64,000 nt of DNA from Spirogloea muscicola (Eukaryota). A program made the position numbers and the translations under genes. Shown piece after piece: positions 53,152-64,000 of the stretch (positions within the stretch are counted from its first letter, which is position 1; each line of letters begins with the position of its first letter). The DNA is taken from the NCBI GenBank assembly GCA_009602725.1, contig WELB01000004.1, forward strand, positions 183,647 to 247,646, written 5' to 3'. Under the pieces are notes generated by a model that saw only the letters and a list, made by a program, of their open reading frames with translations, was not told the origin of the DNA and did no database searches.

Positions 53152-54858
53152 TCAGCCAACAAGGAAGACCTTGCCGGAGCGCCCCGTCTCCTGACTCTTG
53201 CGAATGGCAGTTCTGAAGTCCGCGAGGTCAAACTTCTCGCCTGCGAAAGGGACAACGACCCGCTCCTCAAGCAGCCGAAACATCTCACGTGCGATTTTGC
53301 GCTTGTCCTCCTCGCGCGTCACGCGTGTGTCCAGGTTCCATCCAAGTATGCGCACGCCGCGCTGAAGCACGTCCGCAATGTCCACGCAGAAGCTTGGGCC
53401 CGCAAGGTCACCATAGATGAATACAGTGCCCTCCTTGCGCACGCTTGCTGCCACACGCTGCATGCCCATACAGTTGACGACCAGGCTTATATATTGGTGA
53501 CTGCGTTGCACAACAATGTGACTTGCAAGTGAAGACCAGTGGACGACACACAGAAAGTTCAGTACAGCGTCAAGCAGCAAACTAGTGTTCCAGCAGACAA
53601 CCCTCACCTTGGTCAGCTCTCCACCAACGGCATCAACGGCGGTGTACGCAAGGCGGCCCTGGGTAATCTCCTTCACCCTGGCTACGACGTCTGCGAGGCT
53701 CACAACAGATTAAGACCACGTCTTTCAAGCTGTAATCAAGCTACCCTCAAGCAGGAACGTATCAATGACGGAAGTTGTGGCAGTGACGGCGGCAGAACCT
53801 TCTGTCTCAAAATTGATGACGGCGTCTGCGCCAATGCTGTGGAGCTGCTCCTTCTGCTCCTCACGCCGCACGAGGTTGATCGTCCGAATGCCCCGGTGCT
53901 TCGCCAGTTGGATCATCTGCCTGCGCACGCCCACGCCCGATGCACCGCCAGACTGCTGACTCGCTCAGCCGAGTCGACGTGCCGTGATCAAACGCAACAT
54001 GAGTTGCAGGCAAGCAGTCATGGGTATGCGGTGCTGCAAGTGCGGGAACCCCTTCTGTCATATGGGCTCTGCTGCCCACTGCTGGCAGGCTCTCCCACCT
54101 GCCAATGACGGAGGCGGCCGCCGTCTGGAGGAGGTACTCGCCCTCGGGGACGGCCGCGTCGTTGAGCATGCCATAGACGGTCCAGGGGTTGATGACGAAC
54201 TGCGCGGCGGCCTCGTCGGAGATGGCGTCGGGGATGGGCACGGCGTCCACGGCCTTGACGAGCAGGTACTCCTGCCACGTGCCCTCCCAACGGGCGGCGC
54301 GCCGGAAGAAGACCAGCGCCACGACGCGCTGCCCGCGCTTGAACTTGCTCACGCCGGGCCCGACCTGCGGGCCGCCGCCATGGCCGCCTGGACGGCCTCT
54401 GTCAGCAGCGGCCGGACTGAATTATACATATCGCAATACGAAGATTGGTGTATTCTTACGACTATTACTATTACTTCGGGATATTGCGGGCATTCCCGCG
54501 GGCCAGGAGGCGCGCGGCACCTCCTCGACGACGCCGGCGCCCTCCTCTCCGGGGACGAGCGGCAGCTGCTCCGCCAGGCCCTGCCGCTGAATCGTCGCCA
54601 CGTCCGACGGGTTCACCGGCCGGATGGTGATGCGCACCAGGATCTCGCCTGGCGCGGGCCTGCACGCCGCCGCCGCCACCGCCGCCGCCCTCAGCTCAGC
54701 TCATCGAGCGCCGCGCGGCGGCTCGCACGGCAGGCGAGACGGAGGCGGCGCGACGGGCCTCCTCACGTCGGCTTGGCCTTGTCGCGCAGCACGACGCAGT
54801 CCAGCGGGTCGCCGCCGTCGCCGTTGACGGCCGCTTCGACGACCACCGCGCGCGGCAT
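53152..54858 (-). CDS. MDR-superfamily NADPH-dependent enoyl/quinone reductase (ETR-like, non-zinc)
   Basis: PVNPSD, PGEEGAGVV, GTWQEY, AAQFVINPWT, LLQTAAASVIGRQMIQLAK..GIRTINLVRR, DAVGG, GRSGKVFL. Confidence 0.9.
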
Positions 54859-55019
54859 GGCGGCCCTCGTCGGCGAGCGAGGCCCCGGCGGCGGNCGGGC
54901 GAGGCCGGGCTCCGCGGCGGCCTTCGCGGCGCGTCCGCCGGCGCGGCCTCCGCGAGCTCGTCCGGGCTGCGTGGCTCTCCACCGTTCTCCAGGCGCCCGA
55001 GCGAGGCCTCTCCGGTTCA

Positions 55020-55940
55020 TGCCTTTGGGCTGGCTCTCTCTCCCGGCAGCTAGTCTGTCGGATCTGAGGCTCCTCACTCGTACTTATTGAGTGATCCATC
55101 CTCCCCCTGTTTTACCATTGCATCCTCAGGCCCCTTTGTAGCTGCTCACCGCTCTTAGGCCCCTCTGAACCTTTGTGAATTCTTTTTGGGCTGGCTTTTC
55201 GCAGCCCTTGCCCCCATTGGGAGTGCCACTTCTTCTCATAAACCCATTCATTGCATACGTTGGAAGAGCTGTTTCTGTCAGCGGACGTCTGCCCAAGGCG
55301 CCGCGCTCGTCGAGGCTCCCACTCCACCGTCACCCCGCCCACTGGGCTTGGCACCACTGACTGCCACTGGACACCGCCCCGCTCCGGTCGAGGCCGGCTC
55401 GTTTGATGGCCCGTCCCCCCCTTACTGAGAATGCGTATTAACTCGATTTGGCCTCCCTTACAAACCATGCGCAACAGCGCGCCTTTACGTCACTGGGGGA
55501 TCACGCCACTAAGCCAAGTGGCAAGCCTACGTCGGACCGCCGACGTGGCCTTTGGCGTCCGCACGTGGACACCGGCGAAGGAGCCCGCGGCTCGAGCCAC
55601 TGGCAGAGAAGAAGAAGAAGAAGAGCTCCTCCGTCTGTGTACTTTCGGGGCTTAGCCCACCTCACACGCCTGTCAGCGAGAAGGCGCACGGAGTAGGAGG
55701 AAGAAAGACTCTTCCATGAGAGGGCGATGGCTGTGATTGGCCAGCCCAGTAAAAAGGAAATGAACAATGTTTGAATGGGCCAGGAGGGAGGCCAACTTGT
55801 GCCCATGCAACAGGTACAGGAATCAAACAGCTCTTTCAATTTCAGGCGTGAAGGCCAGCCCAAAAAGAATGAATAAAGGTCCAAAGGGCCGAATGGCGCC
55901 AAAAGCACACAGCTATGCGAGAGACTTCAGCGGATGGGAG
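55020..55940. mobile_element. Nest of CRE-like 3' remnants upstream of the MDR gene
   Basis: AASLSDLRLLTRTY* at 55046-55090. 55188-55229 is identical to 6164-6205 (-). Family C terminal motif at about 55432-55486. 55900-55940 (-) resembles the 25134-25170 tail. Confidence 0.7.
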
Positions 55941-57422
55941 GCATGAGAAGAGTGTTCACAGAGAAGGTGCTCCTCAATAGAGGGCGGTGGCTGAGCAGGG
56001 GCCAGTGAGGCTGCGGCTGTCAACTTGCATGGAGAAGAGACCTGTTCCTAAAAGGAGGCTGTTGCTGTGAAACGCTAGAGACACTGGACACGGTCAAGTT
56101 GCATGGATTGTGTGGGTTCTCCGGTCACCACTGTTTCTCGTTGCTGCGTTGGCCTACTATGCTGCAGATACTGTCCTTACCCAACAGTCTCATCTTCATA
56201 TGCTTCTCAGGTGGTCGCTTGTTGCCCACTGCTCTGTATAAGGACCTCCACTCTTCCCTAGGCTCGCACTTCAGCCTCCTCAAATAGCAGAGCAACTCCC
56301 AGTGCATAATACAGTCAAGGCCCGCCAGTAATTAGGGGCCTGTAAGCTTTCAGCCGGCAAGGAGATATGGTGCTCAATAGGAGAAGACGCTCAGTCACAG
56401 GATGCGAAATTGCTCTTTGAGACAAGCGGGAGGAGGCACTCAGCTTCCTTCAGTGTGCTAAGCTACTCATTTATTACCGTACATGGTGACCTTCTTGCTG
56501 CCGACTGTCTCTCTTGTATATCACCCTTCTTCCCTTGGTTGGCTTTTCAAGCTACGGTGCTCTCATAAGGCAGTTCATGAGGCAGTCCGCCTGAATGTGC
56601 AAATCCAGGCGGACTGAATTTGACTCCTTCCTTCAAGGACTCTCCTGGACCATGCCACCAGGGGAGGAGCACCAGCTTGTGAGCAGCAAAGTGTGACGCG
56701 GCTCTTAGTCGAACCCCAGCCATTCTCAGCTTGCGCTTGGATGAGCCGGAGAAGAAGCTGCCGGGCTGTGTGCTCCAGCCGCGCACACCAGTAAAACAGC
56801 AGCTCAGGAGAGAAGACAGGGTCCTGCCCGCCTCCTCTCAGCCTGCTTGGCTGCCACCACTCTTGGCACCTCTCCAGTAGGGGCGGTCGCGGTTTGCCAC
56901 TGACTGGTGCAAATCCAAGCCAGCTCAACGCCCTCCTCCCTTGATTGCTGACATGACAGCCGCTCCTCTCAAGCTGAAGCTTGGCCTTTTGTCTGCCTCA
57001 GCCTCCTGCGAAGCACGGCCAGTATGAGGATTCACACCCGGTGGGTCCTTCACATACGTGCTCTGACTGACGACGTTGTCATCTAAGCAGCTGGCCGCGG
57101 CTCATCCCAAAAGCTCCTTCTGGGAGGGTGGTTGGGCTCAGAGCCTCTGACGACACAGAGGCTACTTGCAGCAACTTCGTAATTTGCCACTTCGCCCTGG
57201 AGCTTGTTCCTGCCACAGTTGAGGCAGCCGCTACCTCCGCTAATATTTTGATTTGCCAATAGTCACCTGTCATGACAGGCTGAGAAGGAGTCAGCCTGGA
57301 TACGAGCTGGTGCATTACGCAATGCATTGTGGAGGTTGTCTGTGGTGCTGCCCAAGAAAGGGCTCAAGCATTGCTGTTCACAAGAGCTCCTCGAGTTCTG
57401 CTGGGCAAGCTGACCTGCACCA

Positions 57423-58255
57423 CTACTCTTGTGGTGTTGGCATCCTGGTGTGTCTGCCGCCCTGAGGCGGGGAGCGCTTTGCTGGTGGCGGTGGCAGGAT
57501 GCCAGCCTTGTGCAGCAGCCTGGCGACAGTGTCCGAAGGCTGCGCACCGACCGACAGCCAATACCTGCAACATGGAGGCCCCTGCTCACATCAGTGTTGC
57601 ACGTGCACTCCCCCAAGCCACCTGTCCAAGGGATGCAGAGGGAAGAAGGGAAGGTCGTCCAGCAATATGTGCAAAGTGCAGCACTGTGTTGCACTGCAAA
57701 GTGCAACATGCACAGAGATGCATGGGCGTGCACGACAACAGCACTTTCACACGCAACAATGGGATAGGAAAGTGGAGGAAGGGGAGCGGGGAGAGAGGGA
57801 GACAGGAGGGAGGGAGGGAGGGAGGNNNNNNNNNNNNNNNNNNNNNNNNNNNNNNNNNNNNNNNNNNNNNNNNNNNNNNNNNNNNNNNNNNNNNNNNNNN
57901 NNNNNNNNNNNNNNNNNNNNNNNNNNNNNNNNNNNNNNNNNNNNNNNNNNNNNNNNNNNNNNNNNNNNNNNNNNNNNNNNNNNNNNNNNNNNNNNNNNNN
58001 NNNNNNNNNNNNNNNNNNNNNNNNNNNNNNNNNNNNNNNNNNNNNNNNNNNNNNNNNNNNNNNNNNNNNNNNNNNNNNNNNNNNNNNNNNNNNNNNNNNN
58101 NNNNNNNNNNNNNNNNNNNNNNNNNNNNNNNNNNNNNNNNNNNNNNNNNNNNNNNNNNNNNNNNNNNNNNNNNNNNNNNNNNNNNNNNNNNNNNNNNNNN
58201 NNNNNNNNNNNNNNNNNNNNNNNNNNNNNNNNNNNNNNNNNNNNNNNNNNNNNNN

Positions 58256-58325
<70 letters not shown>

Positions 58326-58830
58326 TGGGCCGGTGGGAAGGCGCTGTGGGGGCTTTGTACTTAATTCTCTCAGAGTGGACGCCAATCCTTTTCATTCCGT
58401 CCTTGCCTGCCAACAAGCACCCTCGCCACGGGTCATCCTCATCATCACCTTCATTGCAAGATGGGATGTTCACAAGAGGCAACCAAGTGCTGGCTTGGTA
58501 GTCCCTAGTACTCGTTGTCTCTGGTCAGCACAGCGTGCGCACGAAGAAGACATGCTTGCTTGCTTAATCATGCCAAGGAGATCGAGACCACAGATGGAGG
58601 GCAGGCGAGGGTCCACCTCGGTCGACCACCAACGTCACAAGCGGAGATTTGGAGGAAGCAGGGGGAGAACGGAAGTGGAGGGCAGGCGGCGTACCTGGAA
58701 GGGGGTCGTAGTGGCCCAGGATCTCGAGGTGGCGCCCGTCGCGGGGGAAGCGGCTGTCAGCAGCGAAGATGCGGTAGAAGGGCAGGTTGCGACGGCCGAA
58801 GCGCGCCAGAGGCAGCCGCACCACGCCCAT
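57423..58830 (-). CDS. RPS16: Nuclear-encoded organellar ribosomal protein S16 (mitochondrial type), 3 exons
   Basis: [81 protein letters not shown]. Confidence 0.93.
57826..58319. repeat. Assembly gap followed by a (GA)n microsatellite inside RPS16 intron 2
   Basis: n run 57826-58255, then about 32 AG units. Confidence 0.95.
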
Positions 58831-59215
58831 CGCCGCCGCCGCCGGCAGAGCGCGCGGCGCGGGGCAGCGGCCTACGCTGGCGAGGCGGGGGAGCCTGGGG
58901 CGCTTTGAAGGTTTGGAGTCCGTGGGGGGGGGCTGGGGGTTTGGGATGTCGCCAGCGTATCGGACGATAGGAGCTTCGTTGGCAGTCGCTAGAGCGAAAG
59001 CGTAGTGACCAGGTGCCCCGTTCACTAACCCCTAGGCAGCAGCCTAAAGCCCAGAGCCCAGAGCCATCGAGCGAGCCGGCCGGAGATGCGAGGCGGCGCT
59101 CCACTACGTCGCCATCCTTGGCCTGCATTCACTCCGTTGGCTCAGAAGCGCTCTGGGTGCACTGCATCCAGGCCTGCCGAGCGCTGAGCGGGGCCAGGTG
59201 CGGGGGAGCCCCGCC

Positions 59216-60768
59216 ATGGCGGCTCGCCGCCGCCCCGGCGCCGAGCTCGCGCTGGTGGCGGTCGTCGCCGTGATGGCGGCGGCGGCGGCGACCGCAAGCG
59301 TTGACGCCGTGAGGGCCGGTGAGCGCCTGCCAGGGCCGGCCAGCCACTGGCGCCGCCACTGGCGCACGCATGCGACGGCGGCGGCTTCCGCATCCTCCAT
59401 GGCGGTGCTCTGCGCGGTGCGCGCTCCGGCCCAAGTCTTCAAGGGCCGGCGCTCCGCTGCCGCTGGCGGCACCCAGGTCCGAAGCTGCCCCCTCCGGCCG
59501 TGGCGGCGCCGGCGGCGGGCTACGCCAGTGGCGGCCTGGTGCATGTGGCGCTGTACGAGGAGGCGCTGTGCCCCTACTGCGCGCGCTTCATCATCGGCGA
59601 GCTGCGAAGCCTGTTCCGCACCGGCCTCATCGACGTCGTGCGCCTGCGCATAGTTCCGTATGGCAATGCGCGTGTTCTCGGTAACGGCACCATCGTCTGC
59701 CAGGTAGCGCGCTCTTCGTTTCTTGCAAGCCACAACTACTGACGCAGAATCTTCTAGGGGTTACTGCGCCTGGCCGCTGAGTGCGAAGGCGGCAGCTCAC
59801 CACTTTTACTACTGACATGTAGCGCGGCCTGCACATCCTGCTGCCGCAGCATGGGCCGCTTGAGTGCCGCCTCAACACTGTCCTCGCCTGCGCGCTCCAC
59901 CACTATCCGGCCGTGGTGAGACGCTGACCAGTCTTTAGTCTCTCCTCCATCCGTTCATCACCAATAACGCACGCAATATGACCTCGGTGATGCTGGTCGC
60001 CTGTTCAATTGATGACTGCATGGCAATTGTGGGCAGCACCAACGAGGTGTGCCAAAGCTGGCCGAGCTGACTCCCGTGTTGTCAACAAGGGCGGCAGGAC
60101 GATTGGTTCCCCTTTGTGGAGTGCATGGAGACCACGCCAGAGCTGGGGGCCATGCGGCAGTGTGCACGGGAGGCTGGATTGTCCTTCCGGCGGATACACA
60201 GGTGTGCTGAGGGTGAGCTCGGTGGCAAGGTATTTCCCAGTACTTTCACGTCTCACCTGGCAAAGTGGACAAGCCGAGGCCACTTTTGCCCACCCACAGC
60301 ACCATTTGGCAAGCGCACTGGCGACCCAGCCCCATGTTGAGCCCGGCACATTCTGCCAATCGGTGCAGCTCCTGAGAAAATATGGCAAGGAGACGGACGC
60401 GCTGGATCCGCCGCACCTCTTCGTCCCTTGGGTAGTCGTGAACGGCCAGCCACTGTATGAGGTAAGAGATCCAGCTTACGGTGAAGGCCATTGGCTTTGT
60501 GCAATACGTTGCACCAGCGTTACCGGCAGCCTGCAGGTCTTGCCCTGACCAATTCTGGGGACTGTGAGAACTTTTGTAGGACTACAACAACCTGGACGCG
60601 TACATCTGCAAGGCGTACACTGGGCCAAAGCGGTTGCCGCTCATTTGCAATGCGACGGGCCGAGAGGCGCCCTTGGGCAATCTGACAGGCACTGTCGGCA
60701 GCTCACACGGTGGAGTGTGTGAGCGGCAAGGTGCCAATGCTGTCCCTGCCTCTGTCGCCGTGTCCTGA
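59216..60768 (+). CDS. GILT: Gamma-interferon-inducible lysosomal thiol reductase (GILT), 6 exons
   Basis: Signal-like N-terminus; VALYEEALCPYC (CXXC), IVPYGNA, CQHGPLECRLN..AC, FVPWVVVNG, YICKAY. Confidence 0.93.
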
Positions 60769-61394
60769 GGCCCCAGGCAATTTCACGAGACAGTGCAAGC
60801 GATATGCTGAATGCTCAGGACATAATGGGCAGAGTTCAGGTAAGCAGCGGATGTATGCTGCCATTTTTGACCCATGCGGCCACCTTGCTCTTGGCGGACA
60901 TGCCGAGCTGGTAGCGTGAGGTGAGGTAGTAGTATAGTTGTAGGTAGGGCAGTCAATGCCTTCGCAATGTGAACTAACATTCTGGGAGAGGAGAGCAAGG
61001 AGAAGTGACAGACAGGAAGGGAAGTGGGGGAGGAGGCTCCTGCACCAGGATGGCGATTACTCCGAGTAGTGCTGCAATTTTTTGTGGGCTGGCTTTCCAC
61101 AGCCCTTGCCCGATTTTGAGAAAGCTGCTTCTTGCTGTGAATGTCAGGGAGTGAGGAAAAGGGTTTCGATGTGCCGGGGTTTAAGATTGGAGAAGCGAGG
61201 CTTGTGGCAGTTCAGGGTTGACGGTGAGCTGGCGCGGCAGTTTCGGCGTCATGGGGCTAGCTTGGGAGGCGGCATAATTAACGGCGTCCGGCTTTGCCAC
61301 CGCTCAGCAAGCGGAGGATTGCGCAGCGCCGCCCTTCCCGCCACACCCTCGCCGCCATTTGCCACCGTCGCAGCCACTGGCCGCCGCGGCGGAC

Positions 61395-64000
61395 ATGGAC
61401 GACGAGGGCGCGCCCGTGGCGCACTGGAACGGCATCCTGCCGGAGCGCGCCGTGGACGGCTTCATCTCGGACCGCTGGCCGTCGCTGAGCGCGGGGCCGT
61501 CGCCGGCCGCGTCCGCCGACTTCGGCCGCGCGCTGCACGCCGCCGCCAACGGCCGCTCCGACGAGCAGGAGCGGGAGGGCGCGCTGGAACAGCCTGAGGC
61601 CGCCGCGGCCGACGTGCTGGAGAGCGCGGAGAGGGGGCCGGCGGCGGGGCCAGACGAGGGTGCGGCGCCTCCTGGCCCGAGCCTGGTTCGGCCCGGGACC
61701 CTGCAGCCTGGGACGGGCTTGGCATGCCGCTTCGTCGTCGGCAGGACTCGTCAGAGACGACCAGGGGGGCAGGAGCCGTGTGGGCTTCTGAACGAGTGTT
61801 TGGGCATTGTGGTTGCTGCTCTCTGGGCTGCAGGCAGATGTTCATGGCGCCCATGACGAAGCTCCCGCATCCTCCACCACCGACGACGTCCCCAGCCCTG
61901 CTGAAAGCTCGGCAGCTTCTGCCAGGGCAAGCCAAACGGCTGCCCCGCTGGCTGAAGGACATCGCAAAGACTCGCAGCCCATGGCTGCATCATCTCAAGT
62001 TCGTACGCCACCTTCACTGGGCGGCAACGTGAGGTCCAAGTCCGCGTCGCCCGGGCGGGTCGCTGAAGCTGGAGACGTTTCACGGCGTCGCAGCTCTGGG
62101 CCTGGCATTGGCAGTGCAGCTCAGGTGACAGCTCTCTCGTGACCCGGACAGAACCATCTGACTATGTGGGTCCTCAGGTCAATGTATCACACTGCTCAGA
62201 TTCTGCTTGTGTCTTTGGGCCTCTTCGCCTGATATTGAGCGGACTGTCGCTGCACCTGCTACATGCAAGAGATGCAATTCTGAGGCGTTCTGTGGTCAGC
62301 TGCTGTGTCTGTGTGAATTCTTTTGATGGCCTGCGTAAATCTGTGGAGGTTGAAGTATGACCTGGTTCTGTTTCTGAGAAACAGGGCAAGAGAAGGGTGG
62401 GGACCAGCCTGTCACCCGCAGGTCAGGCAGAAGGGTTGCCGACCATCACCAACAGGTCTTCTTCAAAGTCGAATGTCACAGTTGTCCAACCTTTCAAGCT
62501 TGCCACGGACATCAGGTAGTGCAACGCTGCACCCCTTACCGACACAATTGACAAGGTCCATACTTAAATGTTCCTAAGTCGGGACATATGATGGAAATGT
62601 AAGGGTGAAGCACCTCCCTAAGATTGGCTGTCGGATCGACTGACGCTTTACTGCTATAGTCATATTACAGATACATCGTCTTGACTCTTACCTTCAGGGC
62701 GTGCCCGCTACACTGCCCCCCCTCCTAGGACGGTACCCGTCTGTCAGTCGCTGTCGCTGTAGCCGCCGCCATCGTCGCTGTCCCGTCGTCTTCAGATGCA
62801 ACGTAGTTGCTGTCGCCGTGATTATTCCCTCGTCGTCGTCGTCGGTGTGGTTGTCTTTGGCATGGTCTTAGTGGTCGTGTCCGGCAGCGGCAGCAGGTCA
62901 TGGCACCGAGCACGCACCGGAGGACGTTGGAATGGTCGTCGTCCTCCGGTGCGTGCTCGGCGCCATGACCTGCTGCCGCTGCCGGACTTGACCGCTAAGA
63001 CCAATCCAAAGACGACAACACCAACGACGACAGAACAAGCACGGTCGACAGCGACTACATTGCCATCTGACGACGTTGGACCAGGACGACGGCTGCGGCT
63101 ACGGTGACCGCGACTGACGGACGGGCAACGTCTAGGAGGGGGGGGGTAGTGTAGCGGGCATGCCCCGACGGTAAGAGTCAAGACAATGTATCCATAATAT
63201 AACCGTAACAGTTGAGCATCAGTCGAGCTGACAGCCACCTACACGTGCTCAGACCAATATTATCATTCACTTTACGACCCGGGTCATGTGGCCAGGGCCC
63301 AAGCATCTCGTCCATCCACCCAGTCCAGGGCTGCTCCAAGTCAAGTACGTTCATTTGCCACGTTTGGCAACTAGCACTCAAGCTCCACAGAGTTGACATC
63401 ATGTCCACAAGTGTGATTGAGCATATGTCCACATTGTTAGAGCTTCTTCTCTTAGGATGTTCCCTGTCAAAGTCCAACGTGGCTGCTGCACACCATTGTG
63501 CAAGTTGCTGCATACAGCGACTGCAAGAATAGTCGCCTGGCCCCTACTACTGGTGCTATTCACTCAACATGGACACCTTCTTCAGGCACCATCCAGACCA
63601 AGCTCACGGCCCACAACCGTACCACAGCCGTTCAATCTTGAGACAAGGTAATTTTCTGCTGTGCTCAAATAGCTCACTTGCTGCACATTTCAGGAATGTG
63701 CCGCACACACCTGCAGTATCAGAAGAGTCATAGCTTCTTATAGGAGTACCAGCAGATGTTTGTGCTTTGCTGCAACTAAGAGGACATGCTGTGTGATGTT
63801 CTGTTTACTGTTGCCACAGACGGCGGCAGGAACATCGCAGCTATCTCTGCGAGTCTGACAAACCCAATGAGCAGATGGAGGACGCTCAGGAAGCACATGC
63901 ACAATCCAATGACCCGTACGTTCTAGAGCATGTTATGAGCTTTACATGCAAATCTTTTCCTTCCACTTTTTTCCTTGCAGAGCCTGCTTATCCAACCAAT
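61395..64000 (+). CDS. Protein with repeated TPX2-like T..QPF.L.T..R motifs, 3'-partial; possibly microtubule-associated
   Basis: Exon 62385-62515 ends NVTVVQPFKLATDIR; exon ending 63647 reads TTVPQPFNLETR|RRQEHR; ATG at 61395 in a GC-rich context. Exon chain is uncertain. Confidence 0.5.
62625..63237. repeat. Long imperfect inverted repeat (foldback), about 300-bp arms, intronic
   Basis: tggctgtc (62625) ... gacagcca (63237); inner arms 62879-62926 and 62940-62987 differ at one position; loop about 13 nt. Confidence 0.92.

Noticed and set aside
55950..57400. Short minus-strand ORFs downstream of RPS16
   Set aside because: All frames are broken by stops and no motif was recognised; left unassigned.

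Overview
Eukaryotic nuclear DNA, not prokaryotic: GC-rich exons, many short GT-AG/GC-AG introns and four assembly gaps. The gene set (KAI2, RKD5-like RWP-RK, EDR1-like B3 Raf kinase, EPC1/GT64, NF-YB, plant-type nuclear RPS16) indicates a streptophyte; a streptophyte alga such as a zygnematophyte is my inference. I can support 14 intron-containing genes: GT64/EPC1, RWP-RK, a TPR protein with C-terminal TM helix, TBC RabGAP, KAI2, UGPase, an At1g70780-like protein, EDR1-like kinase, PRP19, NF-YB, an MDR enoyl/quinone reductase, RPS16, GILT and a partial protein with TPX2-like motifs. The 5' intergenic regions carry nests of 5'-truncated CRE-like (RLE) non-LTR retrotransposons from several families. 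These share a C-terminal LTRGY* peptide and a GGGCTG..CAGCCC 3' stem-loop, and several are inserted into each other's 3' tails with readable TSDs. The most notable observations are this promoter-confined, self-nesting retroelement system, a small protein that by eye bridges the plant At1g70780-like family and the SIN1 CRIM domain of TORC2, a 1240-bp solo LTR whose removal restores the host frame, and a ~610-bp intronic foldback. All family assignments are from motif recognition by eye; no searches were run.
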